This document shows, piece by piece, positions 18,588 to 27,549 of a stretch of 64,000 bases of DNA. A program made the position numbers and the translations under genes. The notes beneath the pieces are model-generated. The model was not told the origin of the DNA. It worked only from the letters and a program-made list of their open reading frames with translations, and ran no database searches. Where the stretch lies: positions 53,786-117,785 of the forward strand of contig CAYQKX010000012.1 in assembly GCA_964418155.1 (NCBI GenBank). Direction: 5' to 3'. The number at the start of each line of letters is the position of its first letter. Position 1 is the first letter of the stretch. The stretch comes from an uncultured Candidatus Obscuribacterales bacterium (lineage in GTDB: Bacteria > Cyanobacteriota > Vampirovibrionia > Obscuribacterales > Obscuribacteraceae).

Positions 18588-19445
18588 TTACTTGATACAA
18601 ACCAATGCTCCCTGCCGTCCCGTAGAACCACCTGATTGACGGTGCGAATAAAAGACATCGGGATTGCAAGCTGTGCAGTAATCGCTGACGTCGACTTCGT
18701 GGACGCCCGCTTCGAGCAACTGCATTGCGTTGATTGCCTTGAGTTCAGGAGCCTGTTGGCCGCTTTCGTGTTCTAAGATCAATCCATCAATCTCCGATAC
18801 TGTGGCTTTGAGTGCCTCAATAACCTCGCCGGAGGTTGGATAACAACACGAACCGATTGCCGGTCCTATAGCTCCGACCATGTGTGCAGGGTCTGCGCCA
18901 AGAAGGCTCACCATCTGCTCTACTCCGTGCCGGACTATGCCGGCGGCGGTGCCTCTCCAACCAGCGTGAAATATTCCAATCAATCGACTCTTCTTTTCGA
19001 CCACGATCACGGGGACACAGTCGGCGAAGTGCAATAAAAGAGGTGTAGCAGGCCGCGACGTAATCAAACCGTCGACGGCTTTCAGATCTGGTAACTCGCC
19101 ATTTCCTTCAACCAATTCGACGTTACGAGAATGGACCTGACCTGGTACGACCAGATCCTGATAGTTAATAGAAAGCGCTTTGCATAGCTGCTTTCGATTG
19201 GCATGCGCATCGAGCTTCAACTCGTCCTCTTTGAGCTGACCACCAAGATTGAACGAGTCGAACGGTGCCCTTGAATTTCCACCAATGCGTGTAGTGAAGG
19301 CGTGATTGACAAAATCGAGTTCCATCAAGCGGGGTGACAGGACAAGCCTGATTCCATCTCGCTCCTGAACAATCCATCTGTTGGTTCGTAATGCTGCCTG
19401 AGAGATACCACTTATATATTTCAAGTTATCGATAAACCTCCACAT
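18588..19445 (-). CDS. pgeF: peptidoglycan editing factor PgeF / YfiH (DUF152, laccase-domain) family
   Basis: HAFTTRIGGNS, QVHSRNV, DGLIT, HFADCVPV and HAGWRGT appear in the canonical order. Confidence 0.85.
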   Translation of the reverse strand: MWRFIDNLKYISGISQAALRTNRWIVQERDGIRLVLSPRLMELDFVNHAFTTRIGGNSRAPFDSFNLGGQLKEDELKLDAHANRKQLCKALSINYQDLVVPGQVHSRNVELVEGNGELPDLKAVDGLITSRPATPLLLHFADCVPVIVVEKKSRLIGIFHAGWRGTAAGIVRHGVEQMVSLLGADPAHMVGAIGPAIGSCCYPTSGEVIEALKATVSEIDGLILEHESGQQAPELKAINAMQLLEAGVHEVDVSDYCTACNPDVFYSHRQSGGSTGRQGALVCIK

Positions 19446-20245
19446 ATGTTTATAGCCTGACCAGTAATTCCTCTAGCACTGTCAGTGCAGAGATACCCTA
19501 CCAAACTAGCGACTTCGTCCGGCTGAATTAGCCGCATCTGCGGAACCGAAAGACGGGCAATGTCCAGCGATTCCTCTGGATTAATGTCGTTGAGCCGGCA
19601 CCATTCTGGATCGTTGATCTGGTCCTGGGCCATGTCGGTTGCAACCCAGCCCGGACAGACTGAGTTAACAGTCACCCCATGACGAGCAAGTTCGAGCGCA
19701 AGAGATTGGGTGACACCAATCAATCCGAATTTGGAGGCTGAATAGGCTGTTCCAAAAACCTCCGCCTTTTGACCCGATATAGACGAGATGTTGATGATTC
19801 TTCCCCATCGTTTCTCAACCATCTGTGGAGCAAGCAGCCGAGCAAGGCCGAAGGCTGCACTCAAATTAACGGCCAGAGTTTTGTTCCATAGGGCTAGCGA
19901 AGACTTCGCCCCGGAGTCCCAGCCGCAATCTTCTTCCATGGTTATTGAGTCGGTTCCATAGATCCCGGCATTATTGACGAGGATATCCACATGGAAATCT
20001 TTTTCTTCGAGCCAATTTACGAGCTTGGTAATCGAATCCTCGAGAGCCAGGTCAAAACTGTTGTACACAGTCTTAGCGCCGGTCGAGTCGAGCCTGCGCG
20101 AGAGGTCTTCCAGCTTGCCCATGTCGCGGGCTACAAGCGCGACATGGGCACCAGCCTCGGCTAGTTGCAGGGCTATGGCGCGACCGATGCCGCGACTTGC
20201 CCCTGTAACGAGCGCTGCTTTTCCACGAAGAAGACCGGCTGCCAT
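19421..20245 (-). CDS. SDR-family oxidoreductase (FabG-like)
   Basis: TGASRGIGRAIA (TGxxxGxG), NNAG, YSASK catalytic pattern. Its 3' end overlaps the pgeF start by 25 nt. Confidence 0.85.
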   Translation of the reverse strand: MAAGLLRGKAALVTGASRGIGRAIALQLAEAGAHVALVARDMGKLEDLSRRLDSTGAKTVYNSFDLALEDSITKLVNWLEEKDFHVDILVNNAGIYGTDSITMEEDCGWDSGAKSSLALWNKTLAVNLSAAFGLARLLAPQMVEKRWGRIINISSISGQKAEVFGTAYSASKFGLIGVTQSLALELARHGVTVNSVCPGWVATDMAQDQINDPEWCRLNDINPEESLDIARLSVPQMRLIQPDEVASLVGYLCTDSARGITGQAINICGGLSIT

Positions 20246-20584
20246 TAACTCTCACCACTGTTTCCCACATAACATTATTCACGCTACAGCTGTTGACGTC
20301 ATCAGGGCGCTGTAAGATCTAGTATGTACATTATTAACACCACATCTGGAATTTCCTCTAATATCGCCCGCAGCGCCAATTCTTGACCACCGCTTCAGAG
20401 CGCCGCCCTTCTGGCTTTATCAAACTCTCAGAAATTCAGTTGGGAACATTGCTAGACTTTGACAGTCTAAAAATCCAGCTCCGTTGGGCGAACGAGAGGA
20501 ACCGATAGGTTTGGCATATAGAGGAACTCGTAACACAACGCCTCAGGGTCCAGAGATATCTGTCGAGACGATAGGGAAAAAACC

Positions 20585-21871
20585 ATGAAGTGCACTAAAA
20601 AGTCTTCCATCAAAACGAGCGTCCTGGCAACCGCTCTCGTGTTGAGCCAATTGATTTATATGACACCACTGGCGGTGATGGCGTCGGATAATACCGTGCG
20701 AGTGGCCGGTCAACCCGTCATCTCCAATCTGTCCGGAGCCGGGTCTCTGTCGGGAGAGGCTAGAGCAGAGCAAGTCCAACAGAATCTCGACAACGCTCTC
20801 GTAGCGGCGAAAGATAGAACACCAGCTTCAGTCAACATCACTTACGTCAAGGGATTGCCGGTCATAACTCTGGGCGGTTATCAGGTCATCACCGTCGATA
20901 GTGCCACGGCAAAAGCGAACGGAGCTACCCCAGCTGTTTTGGCCCAAAAATGGGCAGACCAGCTACGCGCTTCGCTTCGCGACCAGGCCAGTATCCAGAG
21001 TTACATCGCACAACTATCCGGCGACTACGCAGCCAGTGCGCCAGCCGTCGCCAGTCAGCCTCCAGCACAGGCTCCAGCGCAGCAGGGAGGACCTGGCCCG
21101 GAATACTTCGGTAGCAACAACGGTAATCAACCGCCGCAGCAACAACCGTTCAATGGCAACCAGCAACAATACGGCGCATCCGCGACGTACAACTACACGG
21201 CTCCTCAGGGATCGACTGGTTACACGCCAGCACCGCGAGGATATCGCCAGGGCCGCGTCGCATACGCTCCTGCCGGTCTTGTGATTCCTGCGCAGCTCAG
21301 CACTTCGATCGCAACCCAGGTGGCTCGACCCGGTGATATGATCCAGGCTGGCATCAGTCAGGCAGTAATCCTCGGAGATTCTCAGATTCCTGCTGGTTCT
21401 GTATTGCTCGGTCAGGTGACTGAAGCGAAAAAAGGCGGATATCTCGGCATGTCTGGTCGCCTCGAGATTCAGTTCAATCGCTTGCGCACTCCTGATGGAA
21501 CAGAGACACCAATCGTCGCTCACATCGTCGGCGGTATCGGCAAATATGATGACAAAGACGGCAACGGTGAGCTCGTCGGCGAAACCTGGAAAGGCAAGAC
21601 CGTGCAGGCCGTAGGTAGAGGCGCTGTGGGTGCCGGTCTTGGCGCAGCACTCGGCACAGCGGTTGGCGCTATCGCAGGCGGCGGACGTGGTGTTGGTCGT
21701 GGAGCCTGGTCAGGCACCGCCATCGGTGGCGGCGTCGGAGTAGTTCAGAGTTTGACTGTTCGTAAAGGAAAGGACGTCAACATCCCATCCGGTACGCCAA
21801 TTCAAATTCAACTCGATGCGCCGTCATCCATTGCCGGCGCTGGTCCAGGACCTTACGTAGGAGCCTACTAA
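20585..21871 (+). CDS. secreted protein with TrbI/VirB10-like barrel segment and glycine-zipper insert (function unknown)
   Basis: Signal peptide and a Q/P/N-rich linker. The block GLVIPAQLSTSIATQVARPGDMIQAGISQAVILGDSQIPAGSVLLGQVTEA...GRLEIQFNRLRTPDGTETPI resembles the TrbI/VirB10 core. The Gly zipper is GRGAVGAGLGAALGTAVGAIAGGG, and the closing segment is KGKDVNIPSGTPIQIQLD. Confidence 0.6.
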   Translation: MKCTKKSSIKTSVLATALVLSQLIYMTPLAVMASDNTVRVAGQPVISNLSGAGSLSGEARAEQVQQNLDNALVAAKDRTPASVNITYVKGLPVITLGGYQVITVDSATAKANGATPAVLAQKWADQLRASLRDQASIQSYIAQLSGDYAASAPAVASQPPAQAPAQQGGPGPEYFGSNNGNQPPQQQPFNGNQQQYGASATYNYTAPQGSTGYTPAPRGYRQGRVAYAPAGLVIPAQLSTSIATQVARPGDMIQAGISQAVILGDSQIPAGSVLLGQVTEAKKGGYLGMSGRLEIQFNRLRTPDGTETPIVAHIVGGIGKYDDKDGNGELVGETWKGKTVQAVGRGAVGAGLGAALGTAVGAIAGGGRGVGRGAWSGTAIGGGVGVVQSLTVRKGKDVNIPSGTPIQIQLDAPSSIAGAGPGPYVGAY

Positions 21872-21911
21872 GCTGGCTGGCGTTGGCTGCGGCATCTAAA
21901 GTAAGTACTCA

Positions 21912-21941
21912 AAAGACCGGGTTAACGCCCGGTCTTTCATT
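21912..21941 (+). terminator. terminator-like hairpin
   Basis: AAAGACCGGG (21912..21921) / CCCGGTCTTT (21928..21937), loop TTAACG, then CATT. It lies 40 nt after the stop at 21871. Confidence 0.6.
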
Positions 21942-21961
21942 GGAAATCTCTTTTGGCAATT

Positions 21962-22084
21962 GCTGAAACTACGGCCCTTTTCGAGGAAATTTTAGCCGAA
22001 TTCGGTAGAAATTTTGACGTTTGCTGCCTAGCGTCGCATCTAAGCCATTCCATTGCGACATTGTTTTGCCAACTTGCCAAAACC
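21962..22084. repeat. 123-bp intergenic repeat, copy A
   Basis: Aligns to 22141..22263 with 5 mismatches by eye. Contains the imperfect palindrome AAATTTTAGCCGAATTCGGTAGAAATTTT. Confidence 0.9.
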
Positions 22085-22140
22085 CACATCCTTTTCTATA
22101 GGTGTTAGACGATATCGGTTTTGGAACCCGTTGAGCAATA

Positions 22141-22263
22141 GCTGAAGTTACCGCCCTTTTCGAGGAAATTTTAGCCGAATTCGGTAGAAATTTTGACGTT
22201 TGCTGCCTAGCGTCGAATCTAAGCCATTCCATTGCGACATTGGTTTGCCAACTTGCCAAAACC
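22141..22263. repeat. 123-bp intergenic repeat, copy B
   Basis: Direct repeat of 21962..22084, offset 179 bp. Confidence 0.9.
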
Positions 22264-22444
22264 GCATAATCGCCGCGCACGTACGTAATCGCCGCCGCAC
22301 CCTCTCGTTTCGAGAAATCCGCACAAAGCGCACATATCACTGCGCAAAGTCGCAGTTCGTATCGCGAAACGCAAGCGATTTAGATTTACCGCTTGATGCG
22401 TCTGAGCAAATCCTGGATTCAGATCAACCGTATCGAGCTGAATT

Positions 22445-23977
22445 CTATTTTTTCTTACTAGATTTCTTCTCGGACTTCGAGGCCTTCGGATCTTTGACGA
22501 CCTGACCCTTGACCTTGGCGCTAGAGCCTGGCAATAACTGTGCCTCGGTGCGTGCTTCGCCAGTGAACTCTTCTTTTAGCTCCACTAGGAATTCATCACC
22601 AGGTTTGATAATCGCTTCCTGTCCTTTGGTGACTGTGTCTTCGATAATCCAGCTACCCGGAATACCGCTCAGGAAACCCCAGGCGAAACCTTTGATGCGT
22701 CGGTGACGAACGTTGGTCCCGACTGGCTTCATGAATGCGAAGGACGGATTGGCTGCACCGATAACTCCGAGTGCCACCGGCATCGCGCCGAAGCTGAACA
22801 CACCTGCCGGCGCAAGCGCGAAGTTAAGTCCGATACGAAGAGCTTTATATCGCAATTGCTGCGCCCAGGGACCGGTGATTTGTCCGGAGTGGTTGACACC
22901 AAGCTCGCGTCCTTCAGCCTTGTTACGAACAATGCGAGCCTTCTGAGCCGGCATCGCATTTAGTGCGATGTGCTCTTTCTTCTTATTGATAATTTCATCA
23001 AATCTTACGCCGATGCAACCGGAATTCTTGTACCATCGATTTGGGCTCACCAATGAGTGAAGAACGCTCCGAGCGGGAAGCACATAATCGATGTGACCAA
23101 CAACAACGTCGCCGCGATTAGCGACGAGACGTTCTGCAATCTTCAAATCGTATTTCAATCGGGCCTGAATGTTGTCGCCCTTCTTAATCGTTTTGCTTGT
23201 GATCTGGGAGACCATGACTACAGGGAATTGAGCACCCGACTTGATTTTGGTTTTGCCCTCGTCCGTTGGAAGCTCCTCGTAGGCGATCGTCTCTTCCATC
23301 TCCACAGCTTCGTCATTGTCGATCACGATGACTTCGCCAAGAGTCTCGCGCACGTTTGACTCGACGAATCCTTGCTCCAGTAGAGCAACATCGCCGTCAC
23401 CGTTCTCGCCTACAAAACCACCGATACCATTCTTGTTGTCGGCACCGTCCGGTCCGACCTCAACGGGCTCACCCTGGGTCTTGTCTGCAGTCTTGTCAGC
23501 AATCTGCTTGCTGTCGGCAGTGGAAGGAGCTTCAGCTGTCGGCGACTCATTAGTATCGCTCGTGGAAGTCTTGCTGTCTCCAGCGACGCTTTTTTCAGAG
23601 GTAGCGCTCTCCGTCTCTTGATTTACTTTCTTGTCCGAACCCGAGCTGAGTGCGTCGTTTTCTTGTTTGATAAAGTCGTTGGCAGAGCTTTCCCAGCCGA
23701 CCGGCTGTTCGTCTTTGGCGAACTCAGCTGACTTGGTTGTCTCTGATTCAGCCTCTGGAGTGACTGCCGTACTCTCTGACAACAATTTAATAGCGGCGGC
23801 GCCAGCGTCATTGGCAGAGCCTGCCGTAACCGCGGAATCCAGAGTGACGCTCTCAGCCGCCACCACTGGTAATGGCAGGACTGTGCTCGACAAAAGCAGC
23901 TGTGTCGACAATAGTAGGGTGAACAAGCTTGTCTTACTAACTCTCGAAGAGGGTTGGGAGAAGTGCGAGCGCTGCAT
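22445..23977 (-). CDS. secreted protein with TrbI/VirB10-like barrel segment (function unknown)
   Basis: ATG with AGAGG 7 nt upstream. It has a signal peptide and an acidic S/T/E/D-rich linker. Then come GAQFPVVMVSQITSKTIKKGDNIQARLKYDL...GDVVVGHIDYV...GCIGVRFDEI, a hydrophobic insert (LNFALAPAGVFSFGAMPVALGVIGAA), the closing segment KGQEAIIKPGDEFLVELKE, and a K/S-rich tail. Confidence 0.6.
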   Translation of the reverse strand: MQRSHFSQPSSRVSKTSLFTLLLSTQLLLSSTVLPLPVVAAESVTLDSAVTAGSANDAGAAAIKLLSESTAVTPEAESETTKSAEFAKDEQPVGWESSANDFIKQENDALSSGSDKKVNQETESATSEKSVAGDSKTSTSDTNESPTAEAPSTADSKQIADKTADKTQGEPVEVGPDGADNKNGIGGFVGENGDGDVALLEQGFVESNVRETLGEVIVIDNDEAVEMEETIAYEELPTDEGKTKIKSGAQFPVVMVSQITSKTIKKGDNIQARLKYDLKIAERLVANRGDVVVGHIDYVLPARSVLHSLVSPNRWYKNSGCIGVRFDEIINKKKEHIALNAMPAQKARIVRNKAEGRELGVNHSGQITGPWAQQLRYKALRIGLNFALAPAGVFSFGAMPVALGVIGAANPSFAFMKPVGTNVRHRRIKGFAWGFLSGIPGSWIIEDTVTKGQEAIIKPGDEFLVELKEEFTGEARTEAQLLPGSSAKVKGQVVKDPKASKSEKKSSKKK

Positions 23978-24227
23978 GGGAGAACCTCTAATTCCTTGTT
24001 GTTGGTAAGCCAGCTACCACTTGACTACAACGTTTAATAATGAAGCCGATATTGTACCCCATGGCAAACATTACGCGCTTCTTGAAAACGCCAATGCCAA
24101 GCAGCCCTTCAAGTCGAACGCCATGCTCTGAACGGGGCATTGCAAGAAGTGGCGTATAGAAAAAAGATATATAATCTTTTTCCGAATTTCACGTTTTGAT
24201 CGAGTTTTTGTCGACGCTCTTAGAAGA

Positions 24228-27215
24228 CTACATTCCGGCGCCGAGCAGCTGAAACGCTGCCCATGCCTTCGGATTGCGGTCGGCAGAGATTGCGAGCAAC
24301 TGGGCCTGACGCAAGGATTGCGCGTCATTCATCCCTCGCTTCTTGTTCTTATAGAAGTTACCGATTTCCGTATTTTTGGTGTCACTCGGTTCGTTCCACA
24401 AGGTCATCATCACGTTGCCGGCTCCGGCATATCCAAGACCGCGACTGACTACCTGCACGGCTTTTCCGGTCTGGTCATTACCGCTTATGGAGGTGCCGCT
24501 CAGCACAACCAATTCGTTGGGCATGGTGAGCTGGAACAATCCACCAGTGGTATTGTCCTTAGTGGCTTCTCCGGCAGCAAAGGGGAGCTTGTTCTTGATC
24601 GGATTCTCACCAGTCAGAGGGATTGCACTGGCTACATGCAGGACTGTCTTGTCCTGTGAGACTCTTTGGAGCTCCTGTAAATCAGTGGATTGGACAGATA
24701 GGGTTGATACCGGTTCTGGCTCGACCGCACTGAGGATTTGACTGGACTGGCTCTGTTCTTCAGGGTTGGAATTGAGTGCGACCAGAACGCTCATTTTGTT
24801 GCCGGTAGGCACCTGTCCATCAAGAACAACACCGATCGATGTAGCCAGGCTCACCAGATGATTCTCGACGAAGTACTTGCCTTGCTCATCGATGAGCGCG
24901 GCAAACGGGAGATTGAAAAGCACCGAATCCGGTACTATGACGATCTGCTTATCGGCGGTACTAGGCAGGAAATTGAGAACCGATGCTGGAAGAAGCTCTT
25001 TGTAGAGGGCTTGGAGTACAGCGCGATCGGCACCCTCAGACTCGCCGCCCGCCAGTTCGACGCCCGAGTTATTGAGAACGGTCGCAATCTGACCGGCAAG
25101 CTTTTCCTGACCAACGGGCAGGACTGTAGCTGAGATTCGGCCAATCGGATCTATGGTGAATGCAACACTCGACTTGTCGCCGACCAAGTACTCGACCACC
25201 GTTACTTTCTTCTTCCTCACGCCGTTGATAATGTCTTCAACGGAGGTAGGATATGGCTGGACAAGGCGCGCTAACGACTTATTGCGTTGAGCGAGGTCGG
25301 AGAATCGAGCCAACCAACCTGCCCATTCCTTGGTCAGCTTCTCAGGTGTCGAGGTATTCTCCGCGGCATGAAGGTGAGCTCTCTGATTGACAAGATCGAT
25401 GTAAACATCCTTATCTTCAGGCTTGACAGGAACACCTTTTCTGACCCAGGTTTGAATAATTTGCTCTTCCTTGAGCTGTTCTGCAGCAAGAAGTGCTTTC
25501 TCCGTCATTCCTTGAGAGGCTACAAGAGCTATGAGCTGCTGCCCGAGGGACTTGCGAGAGCTGACAAACTGCAGATGCTCTACAGATGGGAAGTTGCCAG
25601 CTTGAGGAGAACGGAAGTGCGACAGTGCATTTTCCAGAGCAGACTTGGCCTTTTCGTTTTCACGAGCGGCCAGGTCCAACTGGGCTTGAATAGTGTAAAC
25701 GCGCCAGAGTGCAGCATCATCCGAGTATTGCTTACCAAGAATCAGCGCCTGATCGGCTAGCTCTTTCGCCTTATCCGGCTCAGACATTTTCAATGAACAT
25801 TCGGCGAGCGACACAAGAGTATGCAACTTGATCAACGGAGCAGAGTTCTTACCCGTTTTCTCCTTATCGAGAACTGGCAAGATCGAGCGTAAATGCGCAG
25901 CCGCTTCGCGATATTTTCCACCGGCGAACTCAGCCGCCGCAATGTTTTGATAGAGCATGTACTGCATCTTGGGCTGAACGGGTTTGATCATGTTCTGCGA
26001 ATCAAGCGCTCTCTGGAAATACGGCAGGGCTTTGTACGGCTCGCCGCGGTTGTACACCAGGAGACCAATTGCATTAAGACATTCGGTGTGTTGGTAGTGC
26101 TTCGACTCGCGCTCGAAATAAGGGACCACACCCTCGAGCAGCTTCTCGGCACGCTCGCTCTCGCCCGTTGCAATCAACGTGAATGCGTAGCCCATAAGTA
26201 GATTGGAGCGACCATCCTTGCCGAGGACCTTCTCATCCATCTTTCCAGCAAGATTGTAGGCATGCTGATAGCTGGCAGCGGCTTCGCAATACTCACCCAG
26301 TACATACTCCGTATTCGCGAGCGACGCCAGTGCGCTGATCATCGCCCGATCGTTCTCCGTTCGTTTTGCTAGAGCCACAGCTTTTTCGGCTTCTTCTTTG
26401 GCAGCAACGTAAAAACCGACCTCATCCATCAGCGAAGCGAGCCGCGTGCGCATTATGAGCGCACCCGGAAAATCTTTTGCTTCTTCACTGTAACGAGCGG
26501 ATTCTTGCAGGAATCGAACCGCCTCGACCACTTTGCCGCCTTGCAAAAGCAGCCCACCAGCCAATCTCATAAGATTACCGGCTTCTGCAGGATCGGTCTT
26601 GGGCTGATCGAGTAGGTGCTTCATTGCCAATTCAAGCTGTTTGATCGCCCAAACTGGATTGTCCAGGCCGAAATATGCCTGAGCTAGAGCAACTCGGGCG
26701 CGACCAAGATTGGTCTGATCATTGATCCCAGATAGAACTTCAACGGCATTTTCGCCAAGGTGGCGAGCTTTCACCCATTTCCCCTGGGTCAGATAGACCT
26801 TACAAAGGCCAGTCAGAGCACGCCCCTGACCAACCGAATACTTCATTTCAATCGATAATCCATAAGCTTCCTGCCAGCGCAATAAGGCATCGTTAACGCG
26901 ACCAGCTCTGAAGAAATCTTCAGCGTCCTTATCCAGCTTTCTGATTTTGTCTTCGTTTTCCGGGGTCTGGGGCAACTCAGCATATTTGAGCACCTCTCTG
27001 ACCTGCTCGGGTTTCACTTCCTGCAGTCTCGCAGCGCCAAGAGAACCAGCCGGTTTTCTGATAGCTTGAGGTTTGGCAGTCGCCGGTCTACGCTCAATCG
27101 GAGTCAGGGGTTTCGGCTCCAGCTCTTCGCCTTGAGCGAAAGCACCATTAGTGGTGCCAACTGCGAGCAGCAATGCAGCCAATCCGACAACACTTTGCTT
27201 ACGGCTTTTAATCAT
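24228..27215 (-). CDS. secreted TPR-repeat / CHAT-domain protein
   Basis: The track start is 27227. ATG 27215 (MIKSRKQSVVGLAALLLAVGTTNGAFAQ) is preferred. The N-terminal ~600 aa are TPR-like. The C-terminal CHAT pattern is IVIVPDSVLFNLPFAAL..., ...AGAGNVMMTLWNEPSD..., ...PKAWAAFQLLGAG. Confidence 0.8.
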   Translation of the reverse strand: MIKSRKQSVVGLAALLLAVGTTNGAFAQGEELEPKPLTPIERRPATAKPQAIRKPAGSLGAARLQEVKPEQVREVLKYAELPQTPENEDKIRKLDKDAEDFFRAGRVNDALLRWQEAYGLSIEMKYSVGQGRALTGLCKVYLTQGKWVKARHLGENAVEVLSGINDQTNLGRARVALAQAYFGLDNPVWAIKQLELAMKHLLDQPKTDPAEAGNLMRLAGGLLLQGGKVVEAVRFLQESARYSEEAKDFPGALIMRTRLASLMDEVGFYVAAKEEAEKAVALAKRTENDRAMISALASLANTEYVLGEYCEAAASYQHAYNLAGKMDEKVLGKDGRSNLLMGYAFTLIATGESERAEKLLEGVVPYFERESKHYQHTECLNAIGLLVYNRGEPYKALPYFQRALDSQNMIKPVQPKMQYMLYQNIAAAEFAGGKYREAAAHLRSILPVLDKEKTGKNSAPLIKLHTLVSLAECSLKMSEPDKAKELADQALILGKQYSDDAALWRVYTIQAQLDLAARENEKAKSALENALSHFRSPQAGNFPSVEHLQFVSSRKSLGQQLIALVASQGMTEKALLAAEQLKEEQIIQTWVRKGVPVKPEDKDVYIDLVNQRAHLHAAENTSTPEKLTKEWAGWLARFSDLAQRNKSLARLVQPYPTSVEDIINGVRKKKVTVVEYLVGDKSSVAFTIDPIGRISATVLPVGQEKLAGQIATVLNNSGVELAGGESEGADRAVLQALYKELLPASVLNFLPSTADKQIVIVPDSVLFNLPFAALIDEQGKYFVENHLVSLATSIGVVLDGQVPTGNKMSVLVALNSNPEEQSQSSQILSAVEPEPVSTLSVQSTDLQELQRVSQDKTVLHVASAIPLTGENPIKNKLPFAAGEATKDNTTGGLFQLTMPNELVVLSGTSISGNDQTGKAVQVVSRGLGYAGAGNVMMTLWNEPSDTKNTEIGNFYKNKKRGMNDAQSLRQAQLLAISADRNPKAWAAFQLLGAGM

Positions 27216-27549
27216 GTTTTCCCACATCTGTTACTGAAGTGTTCCTTGGTAGTTGGGTACTCAGTTGAGCAATAAGCTCGTCCGGACGGCATAAATTCAA
27301 TGCGCTCAATCAAGAGACCGAGTACAATCGCCAAGCATACGGCAATCAGCATTCAATTTTCCTGCTGTTTTAACTGTCTTTCAAGCAATATGGACAAAAA
27401 ATAAGGTTGCTAGGAGGCACAATCTGACAAAAATACCCCCATGTAAGGAGGTAAATCTGCTTGATGGAGCTGCGGATTAGAAAAACGAAAGGTAAAAATG
27501 TTGGTTATCATTATGCGGTCACGACGTTTTAGTTAAACGAATTAGTCAT

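Noticed and set aside
21969-22340. 123-aa and 61-aa - strand ORFs inside the 123-bp repeats
   Set aside because: The longer ORF reads the two repeat copies in different frames. The differences between copies are mostly non-synonymous. There is no SD. The ORFs exist only because the repeat lacks stops.
24163-24183. AT-only palindrome AAAAAGAT-ATATA-ATCTTTTT as a terminator after the CHAT gene
   Set aside because: The stem is entirely A/T and only 8 bp long, so it is too weak to call. It may simply be AT-rich promoter DNA for the downstream gene.
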